Of a stretch of DNA of 64,000 nt, positions 40,017 through 53,665 are shown in pieces (the first letter of the stretch is position 1; each line of letters begins with the position of its first letter). Under the pieces are notes generated by a model. It had not been told where the DNA came from. It saw nothing but the letters and a program-made list of their open reading frames with translations, and did no database searches. This DNA comes from Octopus sinensis (taxonomy: Eukaryota). A program made the position numbers and the translations under genes. The stretch lies in NCBI RefSeq assembly GCF_006345805.1, contig NC_043008.1, positions 19,530,001-19,594,000 of the forward strand, given 5' to 3'.

Positions 40017-40190
40017 ATATAGGGAGAGTTTACGAAAAAAACAAAAGACGAGGACTGGTGGTATACAAAACAAACATGTATTAGTATAACGCTCAACAAT
40101 AGAAAAAGGCTTCTACGTTTCGAGCCTACGCTCTTCTACAGAAAGGGACACAGAAAAAACAATGAGAGAAACAAGGAGAGAATATATATA
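40017..40190 (-). mobile_element. Family G repeat, the target of the palindromic insertion
   Basis: Matches 30985-31140 and the reverse complement of 61900-62100. Confidence 0.65.
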
Positions 40191-40739
40191 CATGTATGCG
40201 CATGTGTATAGAAACATAAGTATGTCGGCCTGTATAATAGTGCATATAAACATTTATATATATATGCATGCGCTAGTCCGTATATCTATATAATATAATT
40301 ATTTCCCTCACTGATTCATTAGCCCCCATTATCACTTTAGCCTTACAATAAATACCTACTTCTATTTTTCGAAACTTGACCATTATATCATCCTTTCCTT
40401 TATCAGGTTTACTACTCACTTTTAATACAGCCGCCGTACCATTTTCTTTACCCATCTCTCAAGGTTATTGTCTTTGAAACATATCAGTCTATCTCCCACT
40501 TCCCGCACATATTCCTTCCTTACGTTCTTATCTCTTCCTTCTACCCCTTCCCCTATTCCTTTTATTTACTGACAACTCTCCTTTCACCACATCCTCACAA
40601 TATCTTGACCACCATCTAGCAGTGCGCTTTGTATTTTCTCTTCTTTCTTTCTTTCTTCTTTCCTCCCCTATTCCTTTTAACCAATACCTTTCTCCTCCTT
40701 CTAAAATGCATATCTATTCCCTTCACTCTATCTACTTAC

Positions 40740-41110
40740 CCCTACCAATACTTGTGTAAAATTTCATTCACACTGCAAGACCCGTTTGAATGAGCAGCAC
40801 ATAGAATTAATGTCTCCACAGTATCCATACGTGATGACAAAAGATGAACTCCTATAGGAATTTACAAACAAGGGACAGGAGGCCTGTCTACCCAATCTAC
40901 ACTGCATTTTCCTTGGATAATCAAACTGCAACGGGTAACATCCAACACATACTTTTATCGTTATTATCTATTTCCATTTATACTGGCTATATCTGTCCCT
41001 TTCCAAAATGACTTCTTATATTGAACTCTACTATCTCCCTCTATTTAAATCTCTCCTATCGTCTCTGGTGAAGGGTTGTCCCTCATATTCTTGAAGCAGC
41101 TGTAAGACTA
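40740..41110 (+). mobile_element. Possible Penelope-like element 3' fossil with decayed HHR
   Basis: Weak CKTRLNEQH resemblance to GIY-YIG TRLNEH. Followed by GTCT-CTGGTGA..CTT-GAAG-CAGCT-GTA-AGAC at 41061-41108, with two core substitutions. Confidence 0.35.
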
Positions 41111-41196
41111 CTTTTCTCTTTATAAATGTCCTAGAAATTTGACACTGCCTTGGCTTTTTTGTCTCATTTTATTTAACACACATACACACACATTCA

Positions 41197-41247
<51 letters not shown>

Positions 41248-42134
41248 TCCGCTCTTTGTTAGAGAGGGAACGGTATTCTTAATATTCTTATTCTTGTATA
41301 CACATTATTGAATAATAAGTTCTTGATTCATTAAACTTTGTCAAACCACCGCACCGAAAATGAAATTCTAGTATAAAAGAATATTCCAAGGAAAAAAAAA
41401 TTTAAATACACAAAATGTGCAGAGAAATAAACGTTTGTATTTTTGGTTTTCTTTACCCTTCGTTTCTTAAAGATGGCAAATAAACTTGATGTATTCCATC
41501 CTAAAGATTGTCTCCCTAATCCTTGTTTTAGTTGTCAAGACAATACGTCTTTAACACATGGCATTTAATGTAAATATCTTATGCTTTCTTTCGTATTTTT
41601 GCAAAAGAATTCGCAAATTCCTTGTGAAAATCAATTGGAAAGCGATCACGCACGGACGGATAAACCCACGCACGGAGATACATCGTAGGCATTCAATAAT
41701 GTGTAATCAGTCAAGTTTGTGTTTTTCAATTCTATCAGAATACAGAACAGCGTGGATATAATCCTAGGCTGCTGGGTGTGATAAGAACTGTCGAGTATTG
41801 GACTAAATACGACGGTGATATTTAAATTTATCCGACGTCCATCTAATAACGAGATCAAATTGGTTTTTCAGATTTCGGAATCAATAGAAGATATTTGAAT
41901 ATTATCTCACTATATCCTTTCAAATAATATCCTGTAACACATACCTGTCTAGCATTTATCGCTTGGTCTCTTTCTTTGCATTGAACAGATAAGAGCAATT
42001 CGTTTTCTGAAAAGGCAGGGCATCAGTTCTATCCACCACAGCTGACTTCATGATCGAAGACAAACTATAAATAAGTTCCCTAAGTTAACTGTTCTACCCA
42101 AGCGACACTTTTGACCATCATTCATATTATTCCT

Positions 42135-42600
42135 GCAGGCCGGACAGAATGCTTTATGTCATTTCGTCCATCTTTACGTTCAAATTCCGCCGCGGTCGAT
42201 TTGCCTTTCATCCTTTAATTGACGGTAAAATAAGTACCAGTTGAGTGTCATTTCGTCCGTCTTCATGTTTTGAGTTCAAATTTGGCCGTGGTAGACTTTA
42301 CCTTTCTCCATTTCGTAGTCGATAAAATAAGCAACATTTCAGTAGGGAAGTCGAGATAATGGACTATTCTCGTCCCACAAATGTCAGGCCTTGTTCCTGT
42401 AGCAGAAACAATAATTATTATTCTTAATGCGGCGAGTTGGTTGAACGGTTAGCACGCTGGGTGAAATACTTATCAGTGTTTCGTCCGTCTTTACATCCCG
42501 AATTCAAATTCTGTCGAGGCCGGCTTTGCTTTTCATCATTTCGAGTTAGGTAAAATAAGTACCAGTTTAGCACTGGTGTTGATGAAATCGTCTGCCCCTC
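42135..42600 (+). mobile_element. Cluster of three diverged SINE family F copies
   Basis: Repeated ATTTCGTCCGTCTT..TTCAAATT..CGACTTTGCCTTTCAT. Confidence 0.75.
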
Positions 42601-42819
42601 CAAAAATATTTCAGGCTATCTGCCTTTAATGCAAAGGATCATTATTATTATTATTAGGTTTTCTTCTTTCAGTTTTGTTCCCATTTCTTGCAAATATTGT
42701 TTCGTACAACTGGGACAAAGAAACTCATTGTTTACATTGATAAGCCATTAAACTAAACGCCCCAGATTTTTCATCTTCAAAATGAAATGATGTTATATGG
42801 GAAAAAAAACACATGGATA

Positions 42820-43790
42820 GTAATTGTACTCTCAGCAACAATGCGTTTCTCAGTATGTGTGAAGTACTTGTTAATGCAGCCATTTGCAATTTTTGTATGG
42901 ATAGTAAGCCAAGGATCATTCTCAAATAATTTTTCTTTTTTGATCATCTCAAGTGATCGTGCAAACACTGGTATTTTAACTGCCTTGAGATGCCATATTC
43001 TTTTCATTTCAATGAGCAAATATTTATATATTTCTGAGCTAATCAAATTCTTTTGCAGTGATCTTATGATCACAATGAATACTCATGTGGATCAATAAAC
43101 AAACTTTATTGTTTGGGTCTTTCATAACAATATCCGGTATATTAGCCTTGACTGCTTAGTGTGTGTTGGTAGCTGAAAGTCCCAAAGATTCGTTACATTT
43201 TCTCCCTCAGGGTGATGATTATACCACTTCTCGACGCTATTGATTCTATAATGCCGACATACTCACCTGTGTTGATATTGGTTAGCTCTCTCATGTCTTG
43301 CTATATATTGTACTAGTGCTAAAATGTTACATCCAGAGATCAGGTGGTCCTCTTTTTATACCTCATAATCGCAGACTCGGCACTTTGGATCTATTCCATT
43401 TTTCATCACATTGGCTTGGTAGTTCCGGGTGAATAAGCTCTGATCTTGAGCAACTAAGATGAAACCATCGCTCTCTGCCTTTATCGCTCATCTCCGTACC
43501 CTCTGATGGGTGTGCTACTGGTCAAAATTAGCTTGTTTGCAACGGCCACATATTTGTTATGCAGACGTTTCGGCTCCCACCTACCATTCAATTTTCCAAC
43601 TGCTTTTTTTTCTTGCCATTAATTTCAATTTCTTTGTAACAACAGTTACTGCACTTCTCTCAGGCTGTTCATTCTGGGTGTCATGTATGAAATCAATAGC
43701 AAAGTTTTTGCTCTTTTTTATGTCAGAATGAAGCTTCTTACGCCTCTCGGGATTTTCAACGCGTGTTTGAGCGTCCAATTTTTAGATGTT
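42820..43790 (-). mobile_element. R4/Dong-clade non-LTR retrotransposon fossil, C-terminal CCHC knuckle and RLE endonuclease
   Basis: Translation gives DGFILVAQDQSLFTRNYQANVMKNGIDPKCRVC..DHLISGC, then LWDFQ..PDIVMKDPNNKVCLLIHMS, then EMKRIWHLKAVKIPV. Contains stops and frameshifts. Confidence 0.85.
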
Positions 43791-46671
43791 TCAAGATATT
43801 TGGCAACTCCAATTGTGGTGTAAGAAAAAAAGTAGGTTTTCCCGTAAGCGTATACATGTATGTATGTATGTATGTACAATCAGGAAACTGTCAATATCAC
43901 AGACGTAGAGAAAGGAGAGAAAGAGAGAGAGAGAGAGGGAGTGAGAAAGAAAGAACGAAAGAAAGAGAGGAAGAAAGAAGTAAAGAAACAAAAAAGAACG
44001 AGAATATAAATACGAACTGCTGTTGCGTGTTTGTATCTAATCGACAGAAAACTGATTGGTGTTATAAGATATGAGAAGCAAATTCTAGTGTCAGGAGTCG
44101 TACTAAATCTCGCGTTGGCACTGTTATATTTCCATTGATACCGTAAACTTTGTCATATCGTTATTTCATAAGATGCTTGCCGCTCATTTACTAAGATAGA
44201 TGTGATATGAAAACCAAGGTCATGTTGAAGGTAAACATGATACGGGAGCTCACAGGCAAGTAGCGTCGGTGCTTCTGATGACCCTTGACAAGATGGACGC
44301 AATTATACCTAATGGTTTTTAAACGCAATGGCTCGTTGAATATGTAACACAATAATACATACGTTTCTAATCTAATTTGATTGTTTGATTTTACCAGTCG
44401 GATCTCATAAAGAATTTATATCAACGTTCAAGGTTGTTTGATATCATATTTTATATCAGCAGTAAGCGTTATTAAGCTTTCCCATTATGTCACACGTGAA
44501 AGTGCGAGTGTGTTTGTCTATGTGTATGTGTGTATGTTTGTGTGTGTGTGTGTGTGTTTGTGTGTGTCTGTGTGTTTGTGTGTGTGTGTGTGCGCGTGTG
44601 TGTGTGTGTAAAAAGTTTTCAGCTTTGTTTCTTATTCCCAACTTGCGGAAATTTTCTGTCATTTGCATTGCTAAAGAACGTAGTTTCAATCTTTGCGGGC
44701 GATCATTAAAAAAAAACATCATATGAAACCTAATGTAATTAATTATAAGGAAATTCGACTCATTTTCAACTTCTATTCTCTTGATGTAATAAGTCCGAAG
44801 CTATCACAAAATAAGTGTCCGCTGATCATAGGTGTAACAAATGATTTAAAGTTAGTGCGAATGGCCGGATATGCAACCAGCCAGAAATGGGTCAGTTAGT
44901 TAATGTCCCGTTCAACAATTCCTCTATGATGCCACTGATGAAATAATAGTAAAACATCATTTCAACCATATCAACGTCTACATATCAGCTACTCCACACC
45001 ATTTTGGGTTTAAATGTCCTTTACTCCTCTTGGTTCTTTCTCGAGTTAGCTATTTATAACATCGGCGATATCAACCACTAATAATAAAAGCATCACTACA
45101 TCCCTAAGGGAATATCAGTAGGAAAAACTGAAAGAATTTTACAATCGTTTCTCAAAATAATCATTTTGATTCTATATCTTCAAAGGAGTTTATGAATAAT
45201 AATTATCTTACATCATATCAGCCTTTGAAATTTGAGTTCAATTCTGGAAGCGAATTTCCTCCTGTACATCAACGTTTATCATCTTCCATTTAAGGCTTTC
45301 CAAATTGTACAACAAACAAATTACGAACTGCTAGTTTATTTGGTTGTTACATCCATACCCATAGGGACTGAGATTGCTTTTATCGCTAAATTATTAAGTT
45401 TTTGCTACTGTTTCTCATGACATAGATTATTGAATAGTTCTGAAAGCACTTTTTAGGAATCTCTTAGATATATTAGCCATAAGGTTAGTCTTTTGTTAGA
45501 TACATGCTTATTTGTTATTTCTCCCATTATTATTCACCATATAAACGTTTTGTTTTGCGCGTTCTCACGTATGGCCATATATCCACTGTTCCTAACTCTC
45601 GATCGATCTTCTACAGATGTTGCCATTGGCACAATATTATTTTCTGATTTGATGCTATTCCTGACAAAATAAATTCAACTCTGTTTTATTGACACAAATA
45701 TTATCACTTTTCAGAACACCGGATTATTTTAAATTTGAGGAGATACACATTTTTTTTTAAATTAGAGATTTAGATGCTCCTTAATATCAGATACAACTTT
45801 GTCATTGTATTTCTTTTGTATTCCCCTCGCTCTCTCACTCATTTTTTTTTCTTTCATTTGTGTATTTCTCGTATTTGATTTCATATAGAATTGCGCGATC
45901 TTTCAAAGTATATCGAATCTTAGTACAGATGTTTTATTTAACACATTGATTACTTGGATGTATATGAAAAGTTTTGGAGAAAGTAAAACGCTTTTATTCA
46001 TCACTGCTATGACTGTAGCATAGTGTTAACGCTCTGCATTAGGCAAACAAATTAATCGCTTTTGGCCCTAAAACCTGAAGCCTACTAAAACGACATAAAA
46101 AATGTAATAACATTTTTTTTGTCCTTAGATTTAGTATGCATAACTGTCGACAAAGAATTGCTGTAGTTATTCGAACAATGTTTTAGCACTAGCTGCAATA
46201 TAGTGTACAATAGAGTATATAGTACTTAATATTGTCCAGTAGAAAATTATAAGCTACCACTTTCGGTTATATTCAGCTAAATTTTTTCCCAGAAGTATTT
46301 TAAAAGCCTTAAATCAAAAGCCATAATTAGGAGGTTGCCATGCTTGCAAGACTATTCTACGGTGCTGATTACCTGCCTTCAGCAATTGTTGTATAAATGT
46401 TCTCAGAGTAAAGATGAAATTCGTTTTCAGTAAATTTGCGTGGATTCATGAGCTGATTGACAAGGTCAAAACACGTGAAAGCAGAAGTAGAAGCCATTAT
46501 ATTTAAAAGTGTTGGTATAACGTCCACTGTATGTAAGTGCTAATACTGCCATGGCTATGAATGTATTCCTTTTTGGCTAAGAGTGGTCAACCAGATATAA
46601 AGGAGTAAATTGTTTTCTTCGCATATCCACATATTCAGTTTTTCGCTAGGTATAAGGCCCAAAATTTTGGA

Positions 46672-46800
46672 GAAGGGAGCCAGACGATTAGATCGATCTT
46701 CGTACGCAACTGGTACTTAATTTATCTCCCCCGAAAATTATGAAAAGCAAAGTCGACCTCGGCGGAATTTGAACGCAGAATGAAAAGACAAACGAAACTG
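46672..46800 (-). mobile_element. SINE family F fragment
   Basis: GCAAAGTCGACCTCGGCGGAATTTGAACGCAGAA. Confidence 0.75.
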
Positions 46801-46862
46801 AAATTAATTAATCGGTGTATTGAAAAAAAAAATGCAATTGAAAATAAAGCAATTCTAAAATT

Positions 46863-47040
46863 GTGAGGTATACTTGCCATCTCAATATGGCTAACCACTA
46901 AGGGTGGGTGTTACTGTAGCTTGTAGCCCCAGGAGAAGCTACAGTAAACCCACCCTTAGTGGTTAGCCATGTTGAGATGGCAAGTATACCTCACATTGTC
47001 GTGCAGTTACTGTTTATATCTCGTTCAGAGATTTATTATT
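46863..47040. mobile_element. Short asymmetric fold-back, family P2
   Basis: ~60-bp inverted arms (46862-46922 and 46936-46995) homologous to the 39561 arms, plus a ~45-nt extension. TSD GCAATTCTAAAATT at 46849-46862 and 47041-47054. Confidence 0.85.
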
Positions 47041-48652
47041 GCAATTCTAAAATTATTTCTCTATTTTCTCCTTTATTCATTAACCCGTTCTTTCTGTCAT
47101 TTCATTGTTTTTCCTTCTCGCTTTCCCCCCACTCTCCCACACTCTGTATTCTGTCTATTTCAAATTGCTCAATATTGTTTAAAATCTACAACCTCTCTCT
47201 CCTATAATTGTAATAGAGATCGTAAGATTTAAGTTCTAAAGCCATAGAGACTTAAGAGTTGATATAGAAGGTTCTTTTACTTTATCATGTATCTGTTATG
47301 TATATATATATCCCTGAAGTTATTTCTCTAAATAGAAATTAAAGCAGCAGTAGCATTAAAAAAACATTAATCAATTAGACAATCTACCCCGCCACCAAAA
47401 TAGAAGATAGAGAGAGAAAAAAAGGCTAAAAAGTATAGATGAAAATCAAAGAAAATATATGCGCCATTTTCTGGATTGACATGTGAATTGATCTCTGATT
47501 TAGGTTTCCCAGTAAAGAAATACTTGATTTCTTCTTTGAAGATTACTAAATTGATCCAGCAGTTTATTAATCAAATATCAAAGACGGTAACTGTCACATA
47601 TTTGTATAATATAAAACGCAAAAGACTTTCGATTTTAAAGTTTTCAAAATCTTCTTGCATGAAAAAGAGTCCTGCCAATAGTCAAGAGGGCACGTTATTT
47701 GGAGTATATAAGTATTAATTTTGGTTTACAAGCTTAATTCTAATTTCATTGCTATCGAATATAATCAGATTATTGATTTTGTTTGAAATATTCACATTAC
47801 ATCTATTATCATTAAATTTATACGGCTTCCAATTTCCAAAGAAGTTGTTTTCGACTTTAAATCAATTCTATAGCATGTACATATATATGTGTGTATTGTA
47901 TGTTTGAGCGAGCGTGTGTGTGTATGTATATATATATACATATGTATATATTATACATATACATATACATCTACCCCAATCTGTGAGAGATAAATATAAT
48001 TTAATGTTAAGGAGAATTAAAGTTTCGAGCTATGAAAGCACGAGTGGTTAGGCACTTTATTATAACGTGAGCTGTGTCTTCAAACAGTCAACCATATAAA
48101 GGCTTGGAGCACATGGTCTTGTTGAGGTATTAAATATGATAGTCTGGGATGTCAAATCTTAACAGGTGAGAAATATTTTATAAAGGGCAAATGTCTAAGA
48201 GGCCTAATATATTATATATTTCTACGGTGAAACCGAATTATTGCCAGCGGAGCTAAGGAGTTATATATTTACATTGGTAAACTTTATTAGCGTATGTTCA
48301 ATATCCAAGTGTAAATTATGAATAGTTAACACATAGGAACTATTTAACTTGAAGGTGTTAACACCAATGGGAAAATAAGTATTTTCGCAGATAGCAGAAT
48401 ATTTGAATATGTTTCAATATATTATCTATCACTAAGCTTGAATTAAGATATGTTTAATACGGTGGAGAATTATTCAATTACTTTGATGTAGGTAGTAGAG
48501 TATCTGGATACGGCTTTATACATTATCAAATAAGGTAAGATTAATTATGAGTAAGATTAAATTATAGTTAATTATGCTTAACTGCGGTAGAAAATTAGAA
48601 AGGTAGCGAACATGAGCGATTTAGATATAAGTACTACTGGCAAATATGGTTA

Positions 48653-49066
48653 TACTCTTTTACTCTTTACTCTTTTACTTGTTTCAGTCATTTGACTGCA
48701 GCCATGCTGGAGCACCGCCTTTAGTCGAGCAAATCAACCCCGGGACTTATTCTTTGTAAGCCCAGTACTTATTCTATCGGTCTCTTTTGCCGAACCGCTA
48801 AGTGACGGGGACTTAAACACACCAGCATCGGTTGTCAAGCAATGCTAGGGGAACAAACACAGACACACAAACACACACACATATATATATATATACATAT
48901 ATACGACAGGCTTCTTTCAGTTTCCGTCTACCAAATCCACTCACAAGGCATTGGTCGGCCCGGGGCCATAGCAGAAGACAATTGCCCAAGATGCCACGCA
49001 GTGGGACTGAACCCGGAACCATGTGGTTGGTTAGCAAGCTACTTACCACACGGCCACTCCTGCGCC
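48653..49066 (-). mobile_element. Full-length SINE family D
   Basis: Reverse complement of the 6794-7368 type with TACTCTTT tail. Confidence 0.92.
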
Positions 49067-49197
49067 TATATTTTATTTTATTTATTTTATTCTATTTTAT
49101 TTAGTTTCAGCTCACAAGCTGTGGCCATGCTGGGGCACCGCCATTAAGAAGTTTTCCAGTATACATATAACATACATGTATATTATATGTGCATTAT

Positions 49198-49260
<63 letters not shown>

Positions 49261-49711
49261 ATATAAAGTATATCAGTCATAGGATAATGAAATTACTATT
49301 TAATTTTTTCATTTAGTTTCTTGAGTCGTTTTGTAATCTAGAAGCTAAAACGGCCAGGTTGAAAAAAGTTACTTAAAGCTGTGTATAAGTGGACATCACG
49401 CATTGTAAGCACCATAATTTTACGTTTATGCTAAATATATCAACTTCTCATATACAGTACACTTTCTGTGTTGCACACCCCATCAAGCGCACGCACACAC
49501 ACACACACACATACACACACACACATGAGTATGCATGCGTACAAAAACAGGTATGCAATAGGTGTACGTACCTGTGTGTGTGTGTCCTTTATATATATAT
49601 ATTCAGCAAAATGTTTACCAATTTCAACGGATTTCGCTCAAATTTGACGTCGATGTTACGTAGTTGGGTTTGAAATAAAGTGCTTGATTAGCTTAATAAT
49701 CCTAACTCAAT

Positions 49712-49739
49712 CCCGGGCAAAGCCGGGCTATAGTGCTAG
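49712..49739 (+). mobile_element. Helitron 3' terminus (5' end not located)
   Basis: Hairpin CCCGGGCAAAGCCGGG followed by CTATAGTG-CTAG|T. Confidence 0.55.
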
Positions 49740-50335
49740 TATTGTAATAAAAGAAGACCTGGTCGGTTTGTTACAGCTGTAAAGACCATCTGGACACGAA
49801 GCCTATTTCATAAACTCTTTAGCATTTACTTTCTGTCCTTATGTTGAAACTGACGATGTCTGGCCTTTCCCACCACCCGTACAATTTCATTGTAGAAATA
49901 AATAGTCACATTATCAAAATGTCAAAGGTATGAAAAAATGAATGACAAATTCAAAACCATGTAGATAAATAAGGATTTCATTGGACGACAAAATGGGGGG
50001 TTACTCTGTAGTCAAGATACTTCACAAAGTATATTGAGAGAAACGCATCAGTCCTTAATGCTTTCTGTCAATCGACATGTTTGGTATTTGTACGCTACTA
50101 TGAAATTCTCCTTTGTGGTCCTTTATGTTACCTGTTTGATGCAAAAACATTACAGCGCGCTGGCTAAGACATCCCGCCTTTATTTGATGTATGTGAATCT
50201 AGTGCTGTAATTCAACGAAAGCAGTGTGTAATGGCGTACCGGTTCTGTTATCTAGTAGCTATTTCCCCATAACATTTGGTACTGGAACGTTCTTTGCCCT
50301 TCGTATATTAGAAATTGTGATAATATAGGAATTCC

Positions 50336-50550
50336 AGAGGTGGTGAGCTGCAAAATCGTTAACACACCGGGCAAAATGCTTAGCGGCATTGCGTCCGTCT
50401 TTACTATCTGAGATCAAATTCTACCAATGTCGACTTTGTCTTTCAACTTTTCGGGGCCTATAGAACAAGTACCAGCTGATAACTCGCGTTGCTATAATCA
50501 ACTCTTCTCTCCCCTCGAATTTGCTGCCGTGTGTCAAAATTTGAAACCAA
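50336..50550 (+). mobile_element. SINE family F, diverged
   Basis: GGTGAGCTGCAAAATCGTTAAC..GTCGACTTTGTCTTTCAAC. Confidence 0.7.
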
Positions 50551-51575
50551 TATATAAAAATCTATCTCACTTGCAATTTTATAAATATAAATTAATTCGT
50601 ATAAAATAAATACATAATAACTGCGTTTCTGTTATGAGGCTGCCATCTTATTTTCAATCTATTAATGTATATACAATTCCATATATTTATGTAATATTAT
50701 AAGCAAGCATTACATTTCTTTTTGCAGATGTGTAAATCTAAAATATCTAGAAATCGCATATACAATTACGCTGTCGGAACAAAAGAGCATTCTAACATTG
50801 GGAATGTGTGGTTTCCGTATTTGAATAAATACGTCCTCAGTGTATCGTACAAAGGATTGAAGTGAGTACATCTTTGTTTCATTTTGCACATACATACACA
50901 CACTCACACAAGCAAACAAAAACAAATACGCGCTCGTACACACGTGAAGATAAATACGCGTATTCTTTGTATTTCATATTTTTCGCGTATTTTCTTTGTA
51001 TACTAATGCGACCAGAACTGTCTTTTAAGCAGCCATTTATAATCACCTCCATTTGTAACAGAACACAAAACGTCTCTCCCGTAACTACTTGCTTTTACTG
51101 CAAGTTCAGTATTTGTACATAATGCCATAGTATTTACTTTACAGAATCTCAGAAACGCCTACTATGTTAATACCAGATTATTCTTGTTCGATTATAGTAA
51201 TTTCTTACATTTTCTCCGCGTGGAAATTGTTTTTCGCAGTAAATCTTTGAAAATTCTTCAGTTTAAAAGCTATTGAAAGATGATTTCGCCGGCAACTTTA
51301 AGCAGAAATTACAACAATCGTATTTTGTCACATTTTTCGTTTTCTTTGCGTCCGTTTTAACCTTAAGCAGGTTGTTATTCGTCGTTCGTGCAGAAATGCT
51401 CAATCAGTTCCTACAATATGGAAAGAAGTAATAAAAAAAAAAAATTAAAAGGTACAAGAAAGTTTAGTAATCAGTGATTCATCGTTAAATGAATTTTATT
51501 TCTAAAATCTTTTTGGTCAGAAATAATTCTCATGTTTAAAGTTGTAATTCCGTCAAACACTGAATCATGCTATAA

Positions 51576-51620
<45 letters not shown>

Positions 51621-52382
51621 CGTGTGAGTGTTTGTGTGTGTCCATGAGTATATGTATATATGCACATTAATACATATACATATTTATACATACATATGCA
51701 TTAAAGTTTGTTTTATTCGAATTATACTAAAAGCACTATAACATTCTACTAAAGAATTATTCAAAACGTTTAGTGTAGCACATTTATTTTAACTTTTAAA
51801 GGACTGAGGAGAAGGTGACAGCAACTTAGAAGTTTGGTGCTTCTTGTCTTTGTCGGACAGTATAATGAATAGCAGCCAGCGAAAACTTCGAAGTTACTAT
51901 CGAGCCCTCTTCGTGTATAAATATTTAATCTGAATAACTTCCTTCATTTTAAAATGAATAGATTTTATATAAAATGTATACTGGAATTACTTCCCTGAAA
52001 CATGTAAAACAGTCCTTAAGTTTCTTAACAAACACGATAAATAATGCCATGTTAGGTGTCCAGATGCAGATTTGGCATGGAAAGAAGGCAATGAATCATG
52101 ATTTATATACAGTGTGTCCATAAATTATCTTTACAACTTCCACACTTTATATGTAGATCGTTAGGTTTATATCTGCGTGTATGTACGTAATACATTGTAT
52201 CCATCGACCGTTAGACGATGGTCACAGGGACACATGGACGCACATACACACAAACGCACACACACATATATATATATGTATGTATATATGTATATATATA
52301 TGTATATATATGTATGTATGTATATATATATATATATATAAAATGTATATATATATTATATATATATATATATGTATATATA

Positions 52383-52704
52383 TCTTTACTCTTTTACTTG
52401 TTTAAGTCATGTGACTGTGGCCATGTTGGAGCACCAACTTTAGTCGAGCAAATCGACCCCATCATCGGTTGTCAAGCGATGTTGGGGGGACAAACACAGT
52501 CACACACAAACACATACACATATATATATATACATATACATATATACGACGAACGTCTTTCAGTTTCCGTCTACCAAATCCACTCACAAGGCTTTGGTCG
52601 GCCCGAGGCTATAGTAGAAGACACTTGCTCAAGTTTCGAAGGGACTAAACCCGGAACAACGTGGTTGGTAAGTAAGCTACTTACCACACAACCACTCCTG
52701 CGCC
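52383..52704 (-). mobile_element. SINE family D with internal deletion
   Basis: Similarity to 48653-49066. Confidence 0.85.
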
Positions 52705-52737
<33 letters not shown>

Positions 52738-53069
52738 AATGTATGTATGTCCTGAGTAGGTACACATTTAAAGCAATAGCGAATGCACGTTACATGTTAC
52801 GAAGAATATTGTGAAAAAATTTCACAGGTAAAAATGTCACGGCCAAAAATTAACAGGAAAAAAGACACGGTTGTATAAAAGAAAGTTGAATAAAATTTGT
52901 TAAATAGTAATATACGCATACATACATATAAATATATATATATACATGTACAATCAAGGAACGGCCATAATAGGCCATTCACCCACTAGAAATAACAGCC
53001 AAAGCTTCAACCGCAAATAAAAATCAATTCCGTAAACCAGGAGAAAATTTAAAAAACATTTACCCTGTA

Positions 53070-53176
53070 ATTTCTTATACGATGCACCGTTTCATCTGCT
53101 GTTTAATGGTAAACTAACCTGATTAAATTAAATCAAGCCAATCTTCCATAGGCCCTCAGATTCTTCAGTAAGAAAT
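53070..53176 (-). ncRNA. Type I hammerhead ribozyme, array copy 1
   Basis: Reverse complement of the structure described at 54487-54593. Confidence 0.85.
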
Positions 53177-53560
53177 AGCCAAGACGGAACAGATATTTTC
53201 ACGAGGCATTTCCAACCCTGCCAAGGCAATATCTGACCTAAAATTTTCAAATCATCGCACTCGCGCCAAATTTATCGGCAGCAAATAAATATAAGCCGTC
53301 GATTCCATTACGGAATTAACCAGAAAATTCATAATTAATCAATATAGGGTGGCAAAAAAAATTTTGTAGAATTTTTTTGCCACCAGCGGCCTAGTGGGAA
53401 AAAATTAAATAGTCATAGACCATTTTTAAGTTCAACATCAACAATCAAGGAACGGCCATAATAGGCCATTCACCCACTAGAAATAACAGCCAAAGCTTCA
53501 ACCGCAAATAAAAATCAATTCCGTAAACCAGGAGAAAATTTAAAAAACATTTACCCTGTA

Positions 53561-53665
53561 ATTTCTTATACGATGCACCGTTTCATCTGCTGTTAATGGT
53601 AAACTAACCTGATAAATTAAATCAAGCCAATCTTCCATAGGCCCTCAGATTCTTCAGTAAGAAAT
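53561..53665 (-). ncRNA. Type I hammerhead ribozyme, array copy 2
   Basis: Same structure. Two 1-nt deletions, both in loop II. Confidence 0.85.

Noticed and set aside
50795-50850. Minus-strand CTGAGGA-CGTATTT/AAATACG-GAAAC
   Set aside because: Core and stem II are perfect, but no compatible stem I, stem III or NUH site in either topology. At most a relic.
52105-52140. TACAGTGTGTCCATAAATTATCTTTACA mariner-like TIR
   Set aside because: No partner TIR or transposase found nearby.
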